Below are positions 61,477-64,000 of a DNA stretch of 64,000 nt, in pieces. How positions within the stretch are numbered: the stretch's first letter is position 1; the number at the start of each line of letters is the position of its first letter. Made by a program: the position numbers and the translations under genes. The stretch spans positions 1,426,623-1,490,622 of the forward strand of contig OZ257128.1 of assembly GCA_965278945.1 (NCBI GenBank), written 5' to 3'. The notes below the pieces were generated by a model. It was not told the DNA's origin and searched no databases. It saw only the letters and a list, made by a program, of their open reading frames with translations. This DNA is from Actinomycetes bacterium. Lineage in GTDB: Bacteria > Actinomycetota > Actinomycetes > S36-B12.

Positions 61477-62643
61477 ATGTTCAGAATTCGGTTGGTAGTG
61501 ACGGTGGCGATCGGCGCACTGGCAATCGCGGCATGCGGCTCGAGCACGAGCGCGGACTCCACCTCACCAGTGGCGTCGAGCGCGAGCGAGCAGACGGAGG
61601 CGGCCGGGAAGAAGATCCAAATAGTCGATATCATCGGCGCTACTGGTGCGACCAGTTCAGTTGCCGCGTTGACAGTTCCCGGTGTCCAATTGGCGGTAGA
61701 CGAGATCAACTCTTCCGGCTATTTGGGTGACTCGCAGATCGAACTCACGGTTCAGGACTCGGGGTCCGATCCTCAACAGGCCTCCGCGTTGTTTACGCAG
61801 GCCGCCAATGATCCGAATATCCTCGGCGCGATAGGGCCCGTCTACAGCCTGGAGGCTCTCAGTGTGGGTCCCCTCGCGATGAGGTATAAGTTGCCCACCA
61901 TCTTCACGCAAGCCGGGAGTCCCGGTGTTGTCAGCGGGGAGTACACATATCGCGCCACCGCGCCTTTCTCGACGCTCTACCCTGTTCTGTTCGACAAGTT
62001 GGCGGCTGACGGCGTCAAAACGATAGGGCTCCTCTACGACTCGGCGAATCCGAACTTGACGGATATCGGTGAGTCTGTGATCCCAGCGCTTGCAAAGTCC
62101 GCCGGCATTGAGGTCGTGGCAAGTGTCGGCGTTCCGACATCGACAATTGATTACAGCGCACCGTTGGGCAAGATCGTGGATGCTGACCCTGATGCCGTCG
62201 GAGTTCTCTTGGTCACCAAGTCGAACGGCACCGGTATCCAGCAACTCCGGAATCTGGGCTACGAGGGAACGATCTTTTCCAGCCCGTCTGCCGGATCTGG
62301 GAATGCTGGGCCAGCAGGCAAAGGTGTGATCTGGCCGACCGACTTCAATACTGCCCAGCCCGGTTCTGGTACCGAAACGTTCAACAAGCTCTTCATGGGC
62401 GCCAACAATGGGGAGACGCCCTCCAACTATGCGGCTGAAGGCTACGACGCGATGTGGATGATGGCACGCGGTATTAAGGCAGCCGGTGAACTCACCCGAG
62501 AAGGCCTACAGGCCGGCCTCGACAAGGTCGCGGCTGAAGGCTTTGAAGGCGCAATGGGACCTCTCACGTTTGATAATCGCGACTTGCGTGTTCCGGGGGT
62601 TGTGGTGCAGTGGGACGGGACGAAGGAGATCCTCGTCGACTAA
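61477..62643 (+). CDS. branched-chain-amino-acid-type (LivJ/type I PBP) ABC substrate-binding lipoprotein
   Basis: It has a signal peptide with a lipobox (ALAIAAC GS). The type I periplasmic-binding fold pattern is present (ILGAIGPVYS, TIGLLYDSANPN). AGGAGG precedes the ATG. Confidence 0.85.
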   Translation: MFRIRLVVTVAIGALAIAACGSSTSADSTSPVASSASEQTEAAGKKIQIVDIIGATGATSSVAALTVPGVQLAVDEINSSGYLGDSQIELTVQDSGSDPQQASALFTQAANDPNILGAIGPVYSLEALSVGPLAMRYKLPTIFTQAGSPGVVSGEYTYRATAPFSTLYPVLFDKLAADGVKTIGLLYDSANPNLTDIGESVIPALAKSAGIEVVASVGVPTSTIDYSAPLGKIVDADPDAVGVLLVTKSNGTGIQQLRNLGYEGTIFSSPSAGSGNAGPAGKGVIWPTDFNTAQPGSGTETFNKLFMGANNGETPSNYAAEGYDAMWMMARGIKAAGELTREGLQAGLDKVAAEGFEGAMGPLTFDNRDLRVPGVVVQWDGTKEILVD

Positions 62644-62742
62644 CACAACCAATCACAAGGACATGCATGTCGTTGCGTAGCGCCGTGCTCCACAAGAGAT
62701 GCTGGTCCTTCTGCTAGATGGAACGAGAGAGATCGGGGTGAG

Positions 62743-63636
62743 ATGGCAGAGAGCGTTGTAAACATCATCACGTTGGGCTCCATCTATACGCTCTTCGCCC
62801 TCGGTTTGACCCTGTCCTGGGGGACGGTGGGCGTCTTGAACATGGCACACGGCAGCATCTTCATGTTCTCGACGTTCATCGCCTTCTGGGTCGCCACCAA
62901 TCTTGTCTACGTGAATCCACTCGTCGATCTTTTCATTGCCATGGCTGCGGGCGCTTCGCTGTCTGTTGCCCTTGAACTCCTTGCTATTCAACCGATTCTT
63001 CGGCGGCACAAACGAAGGAGTGCAGCGGACACCCAGATTCTCGTTGCGGGTATCGGCATCGCGACTGTGCCGGTCGCGATCGCAGATATGGGAACGGATG
63101 GTTCCCCGTTTGGACTCACAGGCTCGTCGAGCCTGACATATCGGGTTAGCGTGTTCGGAACTAGCGTCTCGGTGATTCAGATCCTCATTGTTGTCGTTGG
63201 AGTGAGCTTCACGGTCCTTCTCGCGTGGTGGCTTCGTCGATCTCGTCAAGGTCTTGCACTGCGCGCGCTCGGGGTCGATCCCGAAGTCGCGAGTTTGATG
63301 GGCGTCGGCCGAAGACTGCCCTCGGTGTCCGTGATGGCCGTTTCTGGGGCATTGGCAGGACTCGCCGGAGCGCTTCTCGCGCTACAACTGGGAGTAATGG
63401 CTCCAGAGTCAGGAGATAGCTTTCTCATAAAGGCTTTTTCCGCGGTCGTACTGGGCGGCGTCGGAAGCGTAATCGGGACGATGTCGGCGGCGTATGTCTT
63501 GGCCGCCTGCGAAGTGCTCATCTTGACAGCGACGTCCGGAGTGTGGGTAGACGCGGTGTCCTTCACACTCATTTTTCTTGTGCTTCTCCTGCGACCGCAA
63601 GGGCTGTTCGGCAAACGAGACGTGGTGAGGACGTGA
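62743..63636 (+). CDS. branched-chain-amino-acid-type ABC permease (LivH-like)
   Basis: The 297-aa hydrophobic product reads LGSIYTLFALGLTLSWGTVGVLNMAHGSIFM at the N-terminus, with a conserved LRALGVDPEVASLMGV loop. Confidence 0.85.
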   Translation: MAESVVNIITLGSIYTLFALGLTLSWGTVGVLNMAHGSIFMFSTFIAFWVATNLVYVNPLVDLFIAMAAGASLSVALELLAIQPILRRHKRRSAADTQILVAGIGIATVPVAIADMGTDGSPFGLTGSSSLTYRVSVFGTSVSVIQILIVVVGVSFTVLLAWWLRRSRQGLALRALGVDPEVASLMGVGRRLPSVSVMAVSGALAGLAGALLALQLGVMAPESGDSFLIKAFSAVVLGGVGSVIGTMSAAYVLAACEVLILTATSGVWVDAVSFTLIFLVLLLRPQGLFGKRDVVRT

Positions 63637-64000
63637 CGCAATGGTACGCGTCGAACTTGGTACTCATTCAGGGCGGGCTCATAGCCTTCTTGCTTGCTCT
63701 AAGTTTCCAAATCCCCATGCGGATGGGAGTTTTTTCGTTCGCCGGCGTCGGCTTCTACGCCATCGGCGCCTACAGTTCGGGTATAGCGATAAAGAGTCAC
63801 GGCTTCGCCGTCCCGACTGCGATCCTTCTTGGAGTATGCATCGCGGTAGTCGTATCCATTGCGCTCGGCCTGCTGGTCTCGCGTCTTTCAGGGCTGTACC
63901 TCGGCATGGCGACGATCTCATTTGACCTCATTGTCTCGGTCGTGGCTTCCAACTGGGGAAGCCTCACGGGTGGACCCGCTGGCCTGTTTGGCGTCGACGC
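63633..64000 (+). CDS. branched-chain-amino-acid-type ABC permease (LivM-like), 3' end outside the window
   Basis: My own translation from the GTG at 63633 (GTGA overlap with the LivH stop) reads VTQWYASNLVLIQGGLIAFLLALSFQIPMRMGVFSFAGVGFYAIGAYSSGIAI...SNWGSLTGGPAGLFGVD. The frame stays open to the window end. It is absent from the ORF track because it has no stop. Confidence 0.75.
   Translation, partial: MTQWYASNLVLIQGGLIAFLLALSFQIPMRMGVFSFAGVGFYAIGAYSSGIAIKSHGFAVPTAILLGVCIAVVVSIALGLLVSRLSGLYLGMATISFDLIVSVVASNWGSLTGGPAGLFGVD

Noticed and set aside
1-64000. A search for CRISPR arrays, tRNA/rRNA genes and integron or attC-like structures
   Set aside because: No short, regularly spaced direct repeats were seen. 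The only long repeats are the 3.7-kb tandem duplication, the IS inverted repeats and the 47-bp MarR-end copy. No rRNA-like or cloverleaf-forming segments were noticed, though manual scanning could miss a small RNA.

Overview
High-GC, actinobacterial-type accessory region made almost entirely of catabolic genes, broken up by at least seven insertion sequences or IS remnants. This suggests a catabolic island or plasmid segment, but the organism cannot be named from sequence alone. Layout, left to right: (1) 1-5.8 kb: end of a 2-oxoacid dehydrogenase E1-beta gene, GntR and TetR regulators, three enoyl-CoA hydratases and a thiolase. (2) 5.9-9.0 kb: an IS graveyard with a miniature IS21 derivative and an IS3-family element nested in an IS481-family element. 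(3) 9.0-11.4 kb: a patatin-like lipase, then a poorly coding stretch. (4) 11.4-29.7 kb: one roughly 18-kb run of minus-strand genes with many 4-nt start/stop overlaps. It encodes a bicupin dioxygenase, a Pch2/TRIP13-like AAA+ ATPase, a ferredoxin, an ABC importer, two paralogous Rieske oxygenase alpha subunits with a single beta subunit, Gfo/Idh/MocA oxidoreductases, meta-cleavage-product hydrolases, LigB-type extradiol dioxygenases and an SDR. It also contains a nearly identical 3.7-kb tandem duplication with deletion scars. (5) 29.8-38.4 kb: ferredoxin reductase, ligJ and ligK (protocatechuate 4,5-cleavage lower pathway), a Zn-ADH, a 4,5-dihydroxyphthalate-decarboxylase-like protein, an alpha/beta hydrolase with a cysteine nucleophile, a PanB-like enzyme and a phthalate-dioxygenase-like Rieske oxygenase. 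(6) 38.5-48.6 kb: an rve-type IS, GntR, MFS transporter, the hydratase/acetaldehyde dehydrogenase/aldolase lower meta-pathway with an IclR regulator, gpmA, and several pseudogene scraps. (7) 48.6-59.8 kb: CoA-transferase A/B with IclR, then a CoA-dependent P450 module (acyl-CoA synthetase, hydratases, P450, acyl-CoA dehydrogenase, small ferredoxin, SDR, TetR). (8) 59.8-64 kb: a decayed IS3 element and the start of a Liv-type ABC importer. The most unusual observations are an orphan TRIP13/Pch2-like ATPase coupled to a bicupin dioxygenase, a Rieske alpha paralogue that has lost one histidine ligand of its Rieske motif, and the recent tandem duplication. All functional calls rest on motif recognition and remembered family sequences. 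No database search was possible.
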